A stretch of DNA of 64,000 nt from an uncultured Planctomycetota bacterium (GCA_963849325.1 CAWKHF010000005.1:672001-736000), one strand, 5' to 3'. Positions 12,362 through 27,049 are shown, counted from the first letter of the stretch. Program-made: numbers and translations. The notes: generated by a model not told the origin, from the letters alone.

Positions 12362-13163
12362 GTGGACATTCGGCCGCGGAGTACGGGAGAAATCCTCGAT
12401 GATGCCTGGCGCCTGGCCCTGGCCGACGCTCCGCTGCTGTTGCTGCTCAGCACTCTGTTTTTGGTCCCGGCCTTCACCGTCTTGCTGTTGCTGTTGGCCT
12501 TGCCCTCTCCCTCGGGGATGGCGCAAGGCGTGCTGCCGGCCCTGGCCGCGGTGCTGTTGCCGCTGACGGGCCTGGCCTCGGGCGCGTGCCAGGAGTTGTT
12601 CCGCCGCCGGGCCGCCGACGAGCCGGTGTCCGCCGGCGCCTGCTTGTTGGCGGCGCTGCGGCATGGACTGGAACACGCCGCCGCCCGCGCCGTGCTGTTG
12701 TGCGGCGTCGTGCTCGGGCTGTTCCTGTTGTTCCTGCCCGGCCTGGCGCTGTGGATGAGCAGCACGTCGATTCACGCTCTGCTCGCCGCCGGCAAGGGAC
12801 GATCCGGCGCGCTGCTGCGCGAACTCCGCCGCGATGCCTCTGCCCCTGCCAAGTCCGCCGCCGTCGTCTTCTGCCGCCTGCCCCTGTTGCTGCTTGTCGC
12901 CGTCGAGCTGCACCTGCTCGGCCTGGCCGTGTTGTGGATCGCTGATCAACCTGGGCGGCTTCGACACGGCCCTGCTCGGAGTGGAGCTGACGTTCCTGGC
13001 GAACCCGGTTTACACGACGGCCCTGTTCCTGCTGAGCTGGCTGCTGCTGACGCCGTTCTTCGAGGCCGGCAATTTCCTGCTGCACACCGACATCCGCACG
13101 CGCCAGGAGGGACTCGATCTGCAATACCGCGTGCAGCGCGTCTTCGCCAGCCTTCGCGGATGA
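12362..13163 (+). CDS. Integral membrane protein of the MoxR/DUF4129 cluster (frameshift near 12945)
   Basis: IRPRSTGEILDDAW N-terminus and D.RTRQEGLDL C-terminal motif; multiple TM helices. Confidence 0.7.
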
Positions 13164-13220
13164 TAAGGTGGCTTTGCGAGAAAACGCCGTTTGGCAACGA
13201 ACCGAACAAGCGGAGACACT

Positions 13221-14084
13221 ATGAAGAAACTCATTGAGATCCTTCGAGATGCGGACACTCACTGGGTCGGCGATGGATTCCCCGTCCGCACCCTCTTCTC
13301 GTTCCAGAGCCTCGGCCCCCGCATCAGTCCGTTTCTGCTGCTCGACTACGCCGGACCTGCGGAGTTTCCGCCCACGGATCAGCCACGCGGGGTCGGCGAA
13401 CACCCGCACCGGGGCTTCGAGACCGTTACCATCGTCTACCAGGGCGAACTGGAGCACCGGGACTCGGCGGGAAACCACGGTCGGATCGGCCCCGGCGACG
13501 TGCAGTGGATGACGGCGGCTTCCGGCGTCCTCCACGAGGAGAAGCACGCGGACGAGTTCGCCAAGAGGGGCGGTACGTTGGAGATGGTACAACTGTGGGT
13601 GAACCTGCTGGCCAAGGACAAGATGTCGCCGCCGCGCTATCAGGACGTTCCGCGCTCGACAGATTCCGACCGTCGATCTGGACGGCGGCGGCACGGGCGC
13701 GTGATCGCCGGCGTCTTCCGGGACGTGAAGGGACCGGCACGCACGTTCACGCCGGTCAACGTGTGGGACGTGTACTTGAAAGCGCGACATCCCACGGAGA
13801 TGACCTTCCCCGAGGGTCATACCACGTTCGTTCTCGTCCTGAAGGGAAAGGCGGTGATCAACGGCTCGGAAACCGCCGCAGAGGCCGGCCTGGCGATCTT
13901 CGACCGCAGCGGAGATCGCATCACCGTCGAGGCCAGCGAAAGCGCGACCCTCTTGGTCCTCAGCGGCGAGCCCATCAACGAGCCGGTCGTCGCCTACGGC
14001 CCGTTCGTGATGAACACGCAGCAGGAAATCCGTCAGGCCATCGAGGACTACCAGAGCGGTCGAATGGGACACAGGAATTCGTGA
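13221..14084 (+). CDS. Pirin family protein
   Basis: SPFLLLDY, HPHRGFETVT, GDVQWMTAASGVLHEE, QLWVNL, GPFVMNT; local compensated frameshifts near 13650-13700. Confidence 0.93.
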   Translation: MKKLIEILRDADTHWVGDGFPVRTLFSFQSLGPRISPFLLLDYAGPAEFPPTDQPRGVGEHPHRGFETVTIVYQGELEHRDSAGNHGRIGPGDVQWMTAASGVLHEEKHADEFAKRGGTLEMVQLWVNLLAKDKMSPPRYQDVPRSTDSDRRSGRRRHGRVIAGVFRDVKGPARTFTPVNVWDVYLKARHPTEMTFPEGHTTFVLVLKGKAVINGSETAAEAGLAIFDRSGDRITVEASESATLLVLSGEPINEPVVAYGPFVMNTQQEIRQAIEDYQSGRMGHRNS

Positions 14085-14282
14085 AAGATCGTCACTCCCG
14101 CGGCGGCTCGTCGCGCGGCGGAACGAAGGAATGACAGCATGGAAAAAGGGAGGCTTGTCGCCTTCAGGGATGGGGTGATCGACAAGAAGCCAGGAGGCGG
14201 CTCGCCGGCATCTCGTTGCCCGCGATAATGGAGAGTAGATGGGTTGCGCCAACCCATCTACCGAAGGATCAAGGAGATCAAC

Positions 14283-14786
14283 ATGCTCGACAATCTCGAC
14301 GTACTCAAGCGAATCGCGCTCGGTGCGGCCGGAGGATTCGCTGGCACTCTCGCCCTTCAGACCCTCCTGAGCGCCAGTCAGAAGTGGTTCCCGAGCGCGG
14401 CGCCTCCGCTTCGCCAACATCCCGGTGAGTTCATGGTCGAAAAAGCGGAGGAAGCGCTGCCGGAGCAAGTTCGCGATCGCATCCCGGAGATGGCCGAGAT
14501 GGCGGCCTCCCAGGCGCTAGGGGTTGGCTATGGTCTGACCTTCGGCGCTCTTTACGCAGTCGTCCGTCCCCGCGGAGGTTCACCCTTGCGGGATGGTCTC
14601 CTGCTGGGAGCGGCCGCCTGGGCGGCAGGCTACCTGGGCTGGCTGCCGGCGCTGGGATTGATGCGTCCGGTTTGGAAACAGAGTGCTCCCCAGGCACTCG
14701 CCCCGGCGGCCGAACACGCGGTATACGGCATGGTCACGGTCGCCGCCTACGACTGGCTGCAAGAGAATCGGATCCATGTCCAGTGA
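14283..14786 (+). CDS. Hypothetical membrane protein (DUF1440-like)
   Basis: AGGAG RBS; GAAGGFAGT, YGLTFGALY, W..GYLGWLPALG, H.VYG pattern. Confidence 0.6.
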   Translation: MLDNLDVLKRIALGAAGGFAGTLALQTLLSASQKWFPSAAPPLRQHPGEFMVEKAEEALPEQVRDRIPEMAEMAASQALGVGYGLTFGALYAVVRPRGGSPLRDGLLLGAAAWAAGYLGWLPALGLMRPVWKQSAPQALAPAAEHAVYGMVTVAAYDWLQENRIHVQ

Positions 14787-14794
14787 GGCTGAGA

Positions 14795-14928
14795 AAGGTG
14801 ACAAGGTGACAAGGTGAAATGAAGCCGAAAGACAACAGGAACCGGACGACGAGGCTCCCCTGGGTTACGCGGTGCCTGGCCTTGCTTGTCACCTTGTCAC
14901 CTTGTCACCTTGTCTCCTTGTCATCCGC
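14795..14928. repeat. Inverted repeat of tandem 8-nt units (GACAAGGT), right arm inside the DUF4129 ORF
   Basis: AAGGTGACAAGGTGACAAGGTGA ... CTTGTCACCTTGTCACCTTGTCACCTTGTCTCCTTGTCATCCGC. Confidence 0.8.
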
Positions 14929-15973
14929 AGTCTCCGCAAGGGCGGACGCGGGGCAGCTGGAAGCGGTGCGTGCCGTCCGCCAGGGGATCGAGACGGTCCG
15001 CGACGAGGTGAAGAAGGCGGAACCGTATCCGGGCGGACAGCGCTGGGTAGGCCGGCTGCGTACACTGGGAGTGCGGCTGGCGCGTTCGGGCGACGGCGAC
15101 GCTCGGCGCTTCCGCTGGTTCGAGCAGGCGCTCACGGATTTCGGCGAACGCAAACGCGAGGACGCCCTGCAAGTGCTCGACGATCTGCACCGGCGCCTGG
15201 CGCTGCTGGAAGATTCGCTGGCGGCGCCGCGCCACGATCCGGCGGAGGGCGAGACGAGCGGCCGTCCCCGGCGCTCGCCGGAGGACGTCAAGTCGCTGCT
15301 GCGCGGCACGGAAGGGCGGAAGCGCGAGCGCTCCCATCCGCGCGAGAAAATCCAGCCGGAACGTCAGGAACCACCCCGGCGTGAAGAGGTTCGCCGCGAG
15401 GAGCCGGAGGGCGAAGGTCCGCGTGGGCACGGTGGCGGAGGCGGGTCGCGGGGGAGCGTTCCCCGTGGGGGGGGCGGCTTCTCCGTTCTGGGTTGGGTGC
15501 TGCTCGTGGGGCTGGCACTGGCGGTCCTGACGGTCGCTCTCTATCTGTACCTGTCGTCGCGCCGTCGGCCGCGGACGCCGAAGTCGTCGGCCGCGACCGG
15601 GACTGAACCGTCAGCGGCGGACAGCGAGGCGCGGCAGGTGTTGGAGGAGTCGCCCAGCGAATTATGGCGACAGGCCGAGGCGTTGGCCGGTGCGGGCCGC
15701 TTCCGCGACGCGGTGCGCCTCCTGTACCTCGCCGTGCTGGCGCTGCTGCACCGGCAGCGGCTCATCCGTTTCGAGCCGATGCGCACCAACGGCGAATACG
15801 TCCGGCAGGTGCGCCTGTCCGAGCAGGCGCCGGCCAGCTTGCACGATCCCTTCCACCAGTTGACCGATCAGTTCGAGGCGAAGTGGTACGGCGAGCGTGC
15901 CTGCGATCCGAACGACTATCGCGCCTACCGCACGCTCGCCGAGGAGATTCAACGGATAGCGGATAGCGGATAG
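14819..15973 (+). CDS. DUF4129 domain-containing protein
   Basis: C-terminal AEALA..GRFRDAVRLLYLA.L...RTNGEY...FEAKWYG motif. Confidence 0.8.
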   Translation: MKPKDNRNRTTRLPWVTRCLALLVTLSPCHLVSLSSAVSARADAGQLEAVRAVRQGIETVRDEVKKAEPYPGGQRWVGRLRTLGVRLARSGDGDARRFRWFEQALTDFGERKREDALQVLDDLHRRLALLEDSLAAPRHDPAEGETSGRPRRSPEDVKSLLRGTEGRKRERSHPREKIQPERQEPPRREEVRREEPEGEGPRGHGGGGGSRGSVPRGGGGFSVLGWVLLVGLALAVLTVALYLYLSSRRRPRTPKSSAATGTEPSAADSEARQVLEESPSELWRQAEALAGAGRFRDAVRLLYLAVLALLHRQRLIRFEPMRTNGEYVRQVRLSEQAPASLHDPFHQLTDQFEAKWYGERACDPNDYRAYRTLAEEIQRIADSG

Positions 15974-15980
15974 CGGACGG

Positions 15981-17225
15981 ATGAGACGTTTCGTGTGCTG
16001 GTGCCTGGTGGTGGTGTTGCTCGGCGTCTTTGGCGTCGTGGCGGCGCACCTGCTGCGCGAGCGGAGCCTGGCGGGGCGCGACATGCCGGCGTACTCGGTC
16101 TACTCGGAAGCCGGCGACGGACTCGGCGAGGCGGCGCACGTCCTGCGCCGACTGGGCTGGACGCCGGTGGCCTTGACGCAGCCGATCCAGCACGCCCGGC
16201 ATCGCGGTCTGCTGATCCTGACGGAGCCGCCGCGACGGAGCCTGTTCGGCGAGGACGCCGACGCCCTCTCGGATGGCGATGCCCGGGCGTTATTGCGCTG
16301 GGTGGAGCAGGGCAACACGCTGCTGCTGATGAGTCGCAAAAACACGGCGTTGCACCAGGCGCTCGGTGTCATCGTCACCGAGGGCGGCCGCGGCGACGAC
16401 GGCTTTACGCCGGTGGCCCTCGGCGCGGCGGGCGGCTATACCGAAGGCATCGAGCACCTCAGCGTCGGCTCGCGGGCCACGCTGCGCGGGCCGGGCGGCG
16501 GCCTGCCGCTGTGGTGGCTGGGCGATCGACCAGGGGCCGTCCTGCTCCGCCGCAAGAAGGGGCACGTGCTGGTCGTGGCCGACCCCCGCCTGCTGACGCA
16601 GGAAGGACTGGTCCGCTCCGACGGCGAACCGCGCGACGACAACGTGGTTTTCCTGGCGAACGTGGCGGCGCTGGACGCCCGCGACGGCAGGGTCTACTTC
16701 GACGAGTACCATCACGGCCTGCACTCCGGCGGCGGTTTCTGGAGTTACCTCGGCTATCACGGCGAGAAGGTCACGCTGCTTTTGGTGCTGCTGGTGCTGC
16801 TGGTCGCCGGATGGACGTGGGCGGTGCGGTTGGGTCCGCCGGTGCCGACGCCGAAGACATCGAGCGCCGACGCGGTCGATTACGCCTCGGCGCTGGCACG
16901 GCTGTATCAGCGGACGGGAGCGCGGCGTTTGCTGGCTCGCACCCTGGTGCGCAGCTTTCTCGCCGACATGACCCGGCACCTGCGTCTGCGCCGCAACGCG
17001 CTGCCGGCCGAGATTCTGGCGGCGTGGCGGCTGCACGATCCGGGGCCGTCGGCAGAGCGCTTGCAAACGCTGCTGCGCGGCGTCGGCGAGCTGCGCCGCG
17101 GCGAAGTGTCCGAGCGCCAACTGCTGGCATGGGCGCAGGCATTCGGCCAATTCACGCAGACCAAAGTCCGCCGTCCGTCCGAGCCGCGAGCGTCAGCGAG
17201 CGATCAAGCCAGCCCCGCTCGCTGA
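15981..17225 (+). CDS. DUF4350 domain-containing protein
   Basis: YSVYS...G, LLRWVEQGNTLL, VYFDEYHHG, RLGPP, YASALARLYQR; typical position before moxR. Confidence 0.75.
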   Translation: MRRFVCWCLVVVLLGVFGVVAAHLLRERSLAGRDMPAYSVYSEAGDGLGEAAHVLRRLGWTPVALTQPIQHARHRGLLILTEPPRRSLFGEDADALSDGDARALLRWVEQGNTLLLMSRKNTALHQALGVIVTEGGRGDDGFTPVALGAAGGYTEGIEHLSVGSRATLRGPGGGLPLWWLGDRPGAVLLRRKKGHVLVVADPRLLTQEGLVRSDGEPRDDNVVFLANVAALDARDGRVYFDEYHHGLHSGGGFWSYLGYHGEKVTLLLVLLVLLVAGWTWAVRLGPPVPTPKTSSADAVDYASALARLYQRTGARRLLARTLVRSFLADMTRHLRLRRNALPAEILAAWRLHDPGPSAERLQTLLRGVGELRRGEVSERQLLAWAQAFGQFTQTKVRRPSEPRASASDQASPAR

Positions 17226-17253
17226 CGCTCGCGGCTCGGACGGACGGCGGACT
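17165..17253. repeat. REP-like palindrome, family B, overlapping the DUF4350 stop codon
   Basis: About 38-bp perfect arms AGTCCGCCGTCCGTCCGAGCCGCGAGCGTCAGCGAGCG. Confidence 0.85.
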
Positions 17254-17268
17254 AGGGAGGATTCTTGC

Positions 17269-18268
<1,000 letters not shown>

Positions 18269-18324
18269 AAGAGGGAACGACGAAAACGATGACTGAAGCC
18301 CGTTGAAAACGGGAGAAGCGTCGC

Positions 18325-18354
18325 TTGATTTGCGATACCATCGTTCGGTAGAAT
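18325..18354 (+). promoter_or_regulatory. Putative sigma70 promoter for the structured RNA at 18359
   Basis: TTGATT-18 nt-TAGAAT. Confidence 0.55.
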
Positions 18355-18358
18355 ACAG

Positions 18359-18431
18359 AGGTCAGTTGGGAGAGCTGTCTGTTGGCGGCTCGTGTTCAGG
18401 GCGACCTGAACCTCAGCTGGCCTTTTTTATT
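18359..18431 (+). ncRNA. Putative three-way-junction small RNA/leader with U-tract
   Basis: P1 18359-18370/18412-18423, P2 18372-18379/18384-18391, P3 18394-18400/18405-18411 with GCGA tetraloop; five G-U pairs; TTTTTT follows. Confidence 0.65.
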
Positions 18432-18438
18432 CTCTCCG

Positions 18439-18519
18439 ATGTACCTCCTCTACGTCGATGAATCGGGCAGCAACCGCACCCCCAGCGGCAACAGCGGCGC
18501 GTGCCCCTTGCCGTCGTGA
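18439..18519 (+). pseudogene. 5' remnant of a DUF3800-like gene
   Basis: MYLLYVDESGS, then runs antisense into the neighbouring gene and stops after 26 codons. Confidence 0.55.
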
Positions 18520-21500
18520 TCGAGCTGCCACGTCTGCACCCAATCCACCCAGCGGATCGGCACGGATGAATACAGCAGCGTATCGCGGCGAAGCGGAGGC
18601 AGAATCGCAAGCGCGGACGTGCCGTGCGAGCGCGGCGAAAGCTCCGGGCCGGCAGACAGATCATAGACAACCTCCCCCCCGCGCCGGTGTCCGGCCAAAC
18701 AACGAGTCCCTCCGCGGTCAGGTCATACACCGTCTTCGCCGGCAGCAGCGCTTCGACTTGTTCGCGCACCACATCGACGCCGGCCAGCTTGTAGAAACCG
18801 GCCAGGGCGTCGCGGAAGGCCGAGGCTTGCTCCGGCGCGAGCCGGGCGAACCATGTCTCCCGGCAACCGTCCGGGCAGATGAGTCCGGCGACCAGCCAGC
18901 CGGCGTGCTCCTCGAAATCGACGTGGATGCTCGCTCCAGGACCGCACAGTTCCAGGCGAATGCGGTTGATGGCGATGGTGATTTCGCCGGGGTTCAGGGA
19001 CAGGCAACTGCCCCAGCTTTTGCTGCCGGCCAGCACGGCGAGCAGGTTGCGCTCGACGAACTGCCGCAGACGCTCGCGGAGATGGTGCAGCGCCTCGTAC
19101 TGTTTGCGCGGCGAGCGGCCGCGACCGTGACGCAGCCGAGCGTACAGCTTGGGCACCGTGCCCGAGTGCAGGCCCGGACGCATCAGACGCAGCACCGTCT
19201 CGCCGTGATGGCCGACGATCTCCGGCCGCAACGTCGGCGACTGATTGGCGCGGTACAGACGCCAGTTCTCCTTGAACTCCCAGACGAGGAAGCCGGCCAG
19301 GCCCGGCAGCAGCCCGATCGCCGTCACCGCCACGGAGTAGCCCATCGCTTTGCCCAGCACCGGCTCGACCGAGGACAGAAAGAAATCGAGCAGGTCCTTG
19401 TAGATCGGCACGATCAGCTTGGCCGTCACCGTCACCACGGGGAAATGCTTGATCGGGTTAAACGTCGGCTCGACGAACAGATTGAAGACCAGCCGAAACA
19501 AATAGGTGACGCCGAACCACATCAGGCCGAGGACGGGCTTGGCATAGAGTGACAAGCGACTGTCACCGGGACGAAAACGCAGCCATTCGTCCACGGTGTA
19601 GATCAGCCGTTCGACCTCTTCCTGCAAGCGGCGGAACAGGTAGAGGACCCAGCGCACCAGGCCGGGCACGATGTCCGCGCGGAGGAGCTGCCAGGTGCGC
19701 ATCACATGGTCGGTGCCCACTTCCTCGACGTACATCCCCAGCCGCGAGTTCAACAGCAAACTGCCCACGGCGAACACGCCGGCTCCGACGCCGAGAGAGA
19801 GGGATAGGCCCAGTCCGAGATCGTACAGGCCCAGCGTACACAGGGCGGCCCACAGCAGTGGCTTGAGGATGAACTGGTAGACGAGCAGCCACGGGCGGCT
19901 TTGCAAGAGGCGCACCATCCACGGCAAACGCAGCAACCAGGCCGGCAGATCGCCGGCCAGCCAGCGCAGCCCGTGCCAGGTTTTCACGGCCGCCCGCAGC
20001 AGAGCGCGACGGAACGGGCCGACGTGGAACAGGGCCAGGAAAAACAGGCCGAGCAGCGTGAAAGCATAGGGATTGATGTGCTTGGCCGCCTCGCTCGCCG
20101 CCTCGCTGCCTTCGGGCGGCGCGCCGTGAATGCGCTCCATCACTTCGTCCCAGACCTTCAGCAGCGCCAGCGAGCAGCCGAACGGCAGGGCGACGTAACG
20201 AGTGAGCAATCGGCCGACGCGAGTGCCGAAGGCAGCGGCACTGAAACGCTGCAGCCAGCGCAGGTAAATCTCGCCGCGATGATAAACGCCGTCGAGATCG
20301 GCCGCCAGCTGGCGGTTGGCGCGGAGGAGCGCGTCGCCCAGGAAAAACGTGGCGATGCCCCGTGCGATGGCCCTTATCACGTCCCGGATGCCGCTGACGG
20401 CTTGGCGTGAGTCGCCAGCGGCGTGGATCGTCGGGTCCGGTCAGGTCGGGGAGCTTGAGGCGATTGCGCGCGATGGCGTCGCGCAGGTCGCTCATGCCGA
20501 GGAAGCCTTGTTCGACGATGCGGTCGATCAGTTCCTCGACCACCTTGTCGCGCGCCACCTGCTCGGCGATGTGGCGCGGCGGCAGACCAACCTTGTCCAG
20601 GGCGGCGCGGATGACCGGCCGCAGTCTCTCGCGCAGGCGGTGCTCGCAGTGGTGGGCCGACTCGATCATGCGAGCGATAAGGCGGCGGCGGATCGGCTCG
20701 GGGATGCGGATGGCGGTCAGGCGGTGCATGGCCGAACGCAGGTGCTTGACCATCCGTACCGGGCCATGGAAAGGCAGCAAGCGCTGGATCGACCGTCGCC
20801 CCCAGGAAGCAAACCATTCGACGAGGTCCACGGCGTAGACAGGGCGCTCCTGATCGATGCACACTTTTTGCAGATCGTAGAGCATCCGGCCCTCGCTGGG
20901 CCAGGCGCCGCGCGCCGCCGGTTCGAGCAGGGCCAGCAGCGCCTGCCGCCAGTCGGCGGCGGCCTCGTCCGAGTAGCCGAGCACCTTCTGCAAGCGGCGC
21001 GCTGAATTGCTCGATCTCACCCCGAGCGGCGGCGCGGATGGCGTCGGCCTGGCCGCTCGGAGCGAGCGGCACCGCCCGCATACGAAAGATGGCGGCGCGC
21101 ACCATGTTGCCGCGCGAGTCGGCCCTGTCGGCGCGGTCCAGGAGACGGCGATAGGCTTGCGGCGAGCGGGGAGCGTCAGCCCCCGGTTGCACGGGAGAAC
21201 AGGGGGCTGACGCTCCCTCCTCGCCATCCCTTGCTTCCGGCATCGCCACGGGATCCGGAGCACCCTCCAGCCGCGTCGCGGCAAACAGACCGGCCGCGTC
21301 CACGTCCACGGCCAGCGTCGCCTCGATCGTCTCCCGGTGGGCGCACGTCGGAAAGTACACCGGCAGCAGGTGCGGAGCGAAATAACGCAGTTCCAGGTAA
21401 ACGGCGGTGAATTCCTCGTAGACGGTGCGGGCGTCGTCGGGCGGCAGAAGAAAATGCTCCTGCCGCAGCACCGCCATCGCCTCGTCGAACTCGGTCAGGC

Positions 21501-21912
21501 CGATCCGTCGGATGCGCGCGCGCACCTCCCCCTCGCTGACAGGACGGGCTTGCAAGGCCAGGTGGACCCGCGCGTGAAACAGCAGGCGCCAGTATTTCAC
21601 CAACGTCGCCTCGCGCTTCCGCGCCGACAGGCGCGGAGTGTCGGGGCGAGGGAAGAGCAGCAGCGTCGGCGGCAGATCGCGGCCCGACTCGACCCCTAAC
21701 TCGTCGCGGTCGGCGATCCGCAGCAAGCGCTCGCGGTCGATGACGTAACTCTTGCGATGCGGGACTTGTAGCCCCGGCCCGGTCAGTCCGCGGTCCTTCT
21801 TGATGACGCGACGGAGGATACGCGGCGCGACCAGCAGCGCGGCCGGCTCCGTCTGGCTCACAATCCGCTCGAGATCGGCGACCGTCAGAACGATGGCGGG
21901 CGGAACACTCAT
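18450..21912 (-). CDS. Large (about 1150 aa) hypothetical membrane protein, split by about 3 frameshifts
   Basis: Consecutive ORFs 20377..21951, 19563..21284, 18413..20380 and 18450..18698 join into one protein with a TM-rich C-terminal half (EPTFNPIKHFPVVTV, WEFKENWRLY). Confidence 0.65.
21161..21225. repeat. REP-like palindrome inside the large hypothetical CDS
   Basis: 28-bp arms (25/28), translated as EEGASAPCSPVQPGADAPRSP. Confidence 0.75.
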
Positions 21913-22062
21913 AAAACGAGACCCTTCCTGGAGGCTCGAATCCGCCGTCATGGTAACGCCGAAACAACAGGATCGCTACCAAAGATGGGTCTTTTCGCGG
22001 TTCGATGCCGCTGGTATCCTTGATTCGTTGACCGCGCCGAGGAGTCCAACGGAGATACCGCC

Positions 22063-22307
22063 ATGACCATCGAACAATTGCGGCGAATGCACCTGGCTCG
22101 GCCCTTTCAGCCGTTCGAGATTCATCTGACGGATGGTCGCGTGCTGTTGATAGAGCATCCGGAATTTCTGGCTCAAGCGCCGACGGGCGCACCATTGCCG
22201 TGGGACATGCCGACGGGACGTTGGAAATCGTGGATTTGCTGTTGGTCGTTAGCCTCAAACCGCGTCCCAATGGCTCCTCCCGTCGCGGTCGTCCTCGTTC
22301 TCAATGA
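22063..22307 (+). CDS. Small hypothetical protein, 'PF.PF.I.L.DG...V.HP' family (frameshift near 22188)
   Basis: GGAG RBS; similar to 34484..34720. Confidence 0.6.
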
Positions 22308-22512
22308 CCCCGTTTTTCCCTTCTCTTCCGCGGATCGCGGGACGCCAAGGAGCCACAAACCGGAAAGGCCCGCCGGCATCCGTGGACTTCCCCGCCAACG
22401 CCCTCTATCCTTACGATGTTCCGGCAGGAATGCCGGCGCACCCCGCTTCGACCCGTGCAGGTGCCGGTTCGACGAAGATGCGAAAATGGTTCTTTAGGAG
22501 ACTTCGCCGCTC

Positions 22513-25118
<2,606 letters not shown>

Positions 25119-25125
25119 GTTGATT

Positions 25126-25190
25126 TGTTTCGCCGCGACGCGCAGCGGAGCGCGGGACTCCCGCGCTCCGCTGCGCGTCGCGGCGAAACA
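25126..25190. repeat. REP/REPIN-like palindrome, family A
   Basis: Near-perfect 32-bp arms between convergent genes. Confidence 0.85.
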
Positions 25191-25198
25191 TCGTTTGC

Positions 25199-27049
25199 TC
25201 ATTTCTTCTGCTTGTCCCACCACTGCAACCACTGGAGGGCGGCCCGATCGCGGTCCTCGCGGCTGGCGTCGGCGGCGGGACCGAAATCCTGGGCCGTCAT
25301 CTCCTTGAGCGCCGCATGAGCGGCGCGCACCACCGACATCTCGGGATCGCGCAGCAGCGGGATGAGATGGGGAAGGAGAGATTTGCTCTCCTTCATGGCG
25401 ACGGCCAGGGCCGCCGCGCGGCGAATTTCGCCGTCCTCGTCCTGCAAGTAGGCGGCCAGCGTCTCGTCCTTCATGCGCGTCAGGCGCTCGGCCAGGGCAC
25501 GCCGCGCCTTGCGGTGCGGCTCGCCTTCCAGCCGGGAGAGGGCCAGCGCCAACGCCTCGGTATATTGCGGTCCCTTCTCATCGCGCATCTTCTCCAGCAA
25601 CTCGGCCTGCCGACCGCCCGAGGCCTTCACCAGCGTCTCCGCCAGTCGGCCGCCCTCGGTGTCCGTCCATTGGGCGTCTTGCAACGGCTTGAGGATCGGC
25701 TTGGCGTCGGTGGATTCGATGCCCGAGCGCAGCGCGCGGCTTGACGCCGCGTAAACTGTCGCCGCCGATGCCGCCGCCGCGAATCTCGCGCTCGCCGGGA
25801 TCTCTCAGCTGGCCCTTGAGCTGGACCGTCAAATCCGTCACCAGGTTCGCGCGCTTGAGGAACAGCAGGGCGAAACAGGTGTCGGCCCCGTAGGTGCCGT
25901 AATCGCCGGACCACGAACCGTCCGGCTTCTGGTTGGCCAGCAGGATTTCGGCGCCCCAGGCGTACCAGTCCTTCTTGCCGAGGGTCGGCAAGTCCAGGGC
26001 CACCGCCACTCGTTCCAGCGACCACAGGAAGTAATAGGTCCGGCCGCCCACGCGCAGGTCCGGGTTGGGCGGGTCGAAGGGGTTGAGGCGCAGGTTGCGC
26101 GGATTGCCGATCACGGAGCCGAGGGCCGTCAGGCCGGTCGTCAGATGAACGTCCTTGCCGAGGTCGGGGAGCTTCCGGCCGGCCGGCTTGCGCTGCTTGA
26201 GCAGTTCCAGGGCGGCCGCATCGGCGACGGTCAGACCGAGCAGGCCGGCACAGGTCATGCTCGCGGTCGAGGCCATGCCGGGCTGGGAAACGGACATCGT
26301 GTACGACCATCCGCCGTCGGCGTTCTGGCTGCTGCGGAAGCGCGTCCCGATCCGGAGCGCGGCCCGTTCGACCGGCAGGCCATATCGACGCCCCACCCAC
26401 AGGGCGATCGTGGCGAATTGCGTGTTCGAGTTGTCTCCTCCCGCGAAGACCGGCCCCGTGGCGGCGCCGGCCGCGCCGCGCTCGATCAGGAGCAACTGCC
26501 GCTGGATCTCTTCGGGCAGGTCCTTGACGGTGCGCTTGGCGGCGCCCGGCGTGGGCGGCTCGCGCCGGCCGCTGCGTTCCTTGTGCTTGTCCAGCCAGGC
26601 TTGCAGACGGCGCACCTCGCCTTCGCCAATGGCCGGACAGCTGTAACTCCAACCGCCCGAGGCGTCCTGCCCGGCGAGCAGACGGACCACGAGCGATTCG
26701 ATCAGCGGAACGTCGGCGGAGTCGCCGAGCCGGTCGAGAAACAGGATGGACAGAGAGATGGAGTACGTTTGCGTGGCTCGAAGGCTGGCTGGGCGCACCG
26801 CATCGGCGGCGCGGCGCACGTCCTTGTCGTCGGCGCCGGCGCCGCACTCCAGCAGGGTCAAGCCGGCCAGGGCCGTCGGGCCGATTTCGCTGTGCTGCCA
26901 GGTGCCGTTGCCGCCCTGCATGCGACGCAGTGCCTCGACGCCGCGGTCGATGGCACGCTGGACGTCCCGCGGATCGACCGCCCGCGCGGCGCGGCCGCCG
27001 ACACCAGCACCACCGCGGCGAGCGGTCCCCAAGCCAGCAGTATTCTCAT
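25199..27049 (-). CDS. Secreted prenyltransferase/squalene-oxidase-repeat protein with C-terminal HEAT repeats (frameshifts)
   Basis: QW-like repeats (QGGNGTW, QDASGGWSY, QNADGGWSY, QKPDGSW), DNSNTQFA, SMTCAGL; HEAT-like C-terminus. Confidence 0.7.

Noticed and set aside
12362-15973. Membrane gene and DUF4129 gene as one ORF split by the pirin insert
   Set aside because: The reconstructed junction has stop codons in all three frames.
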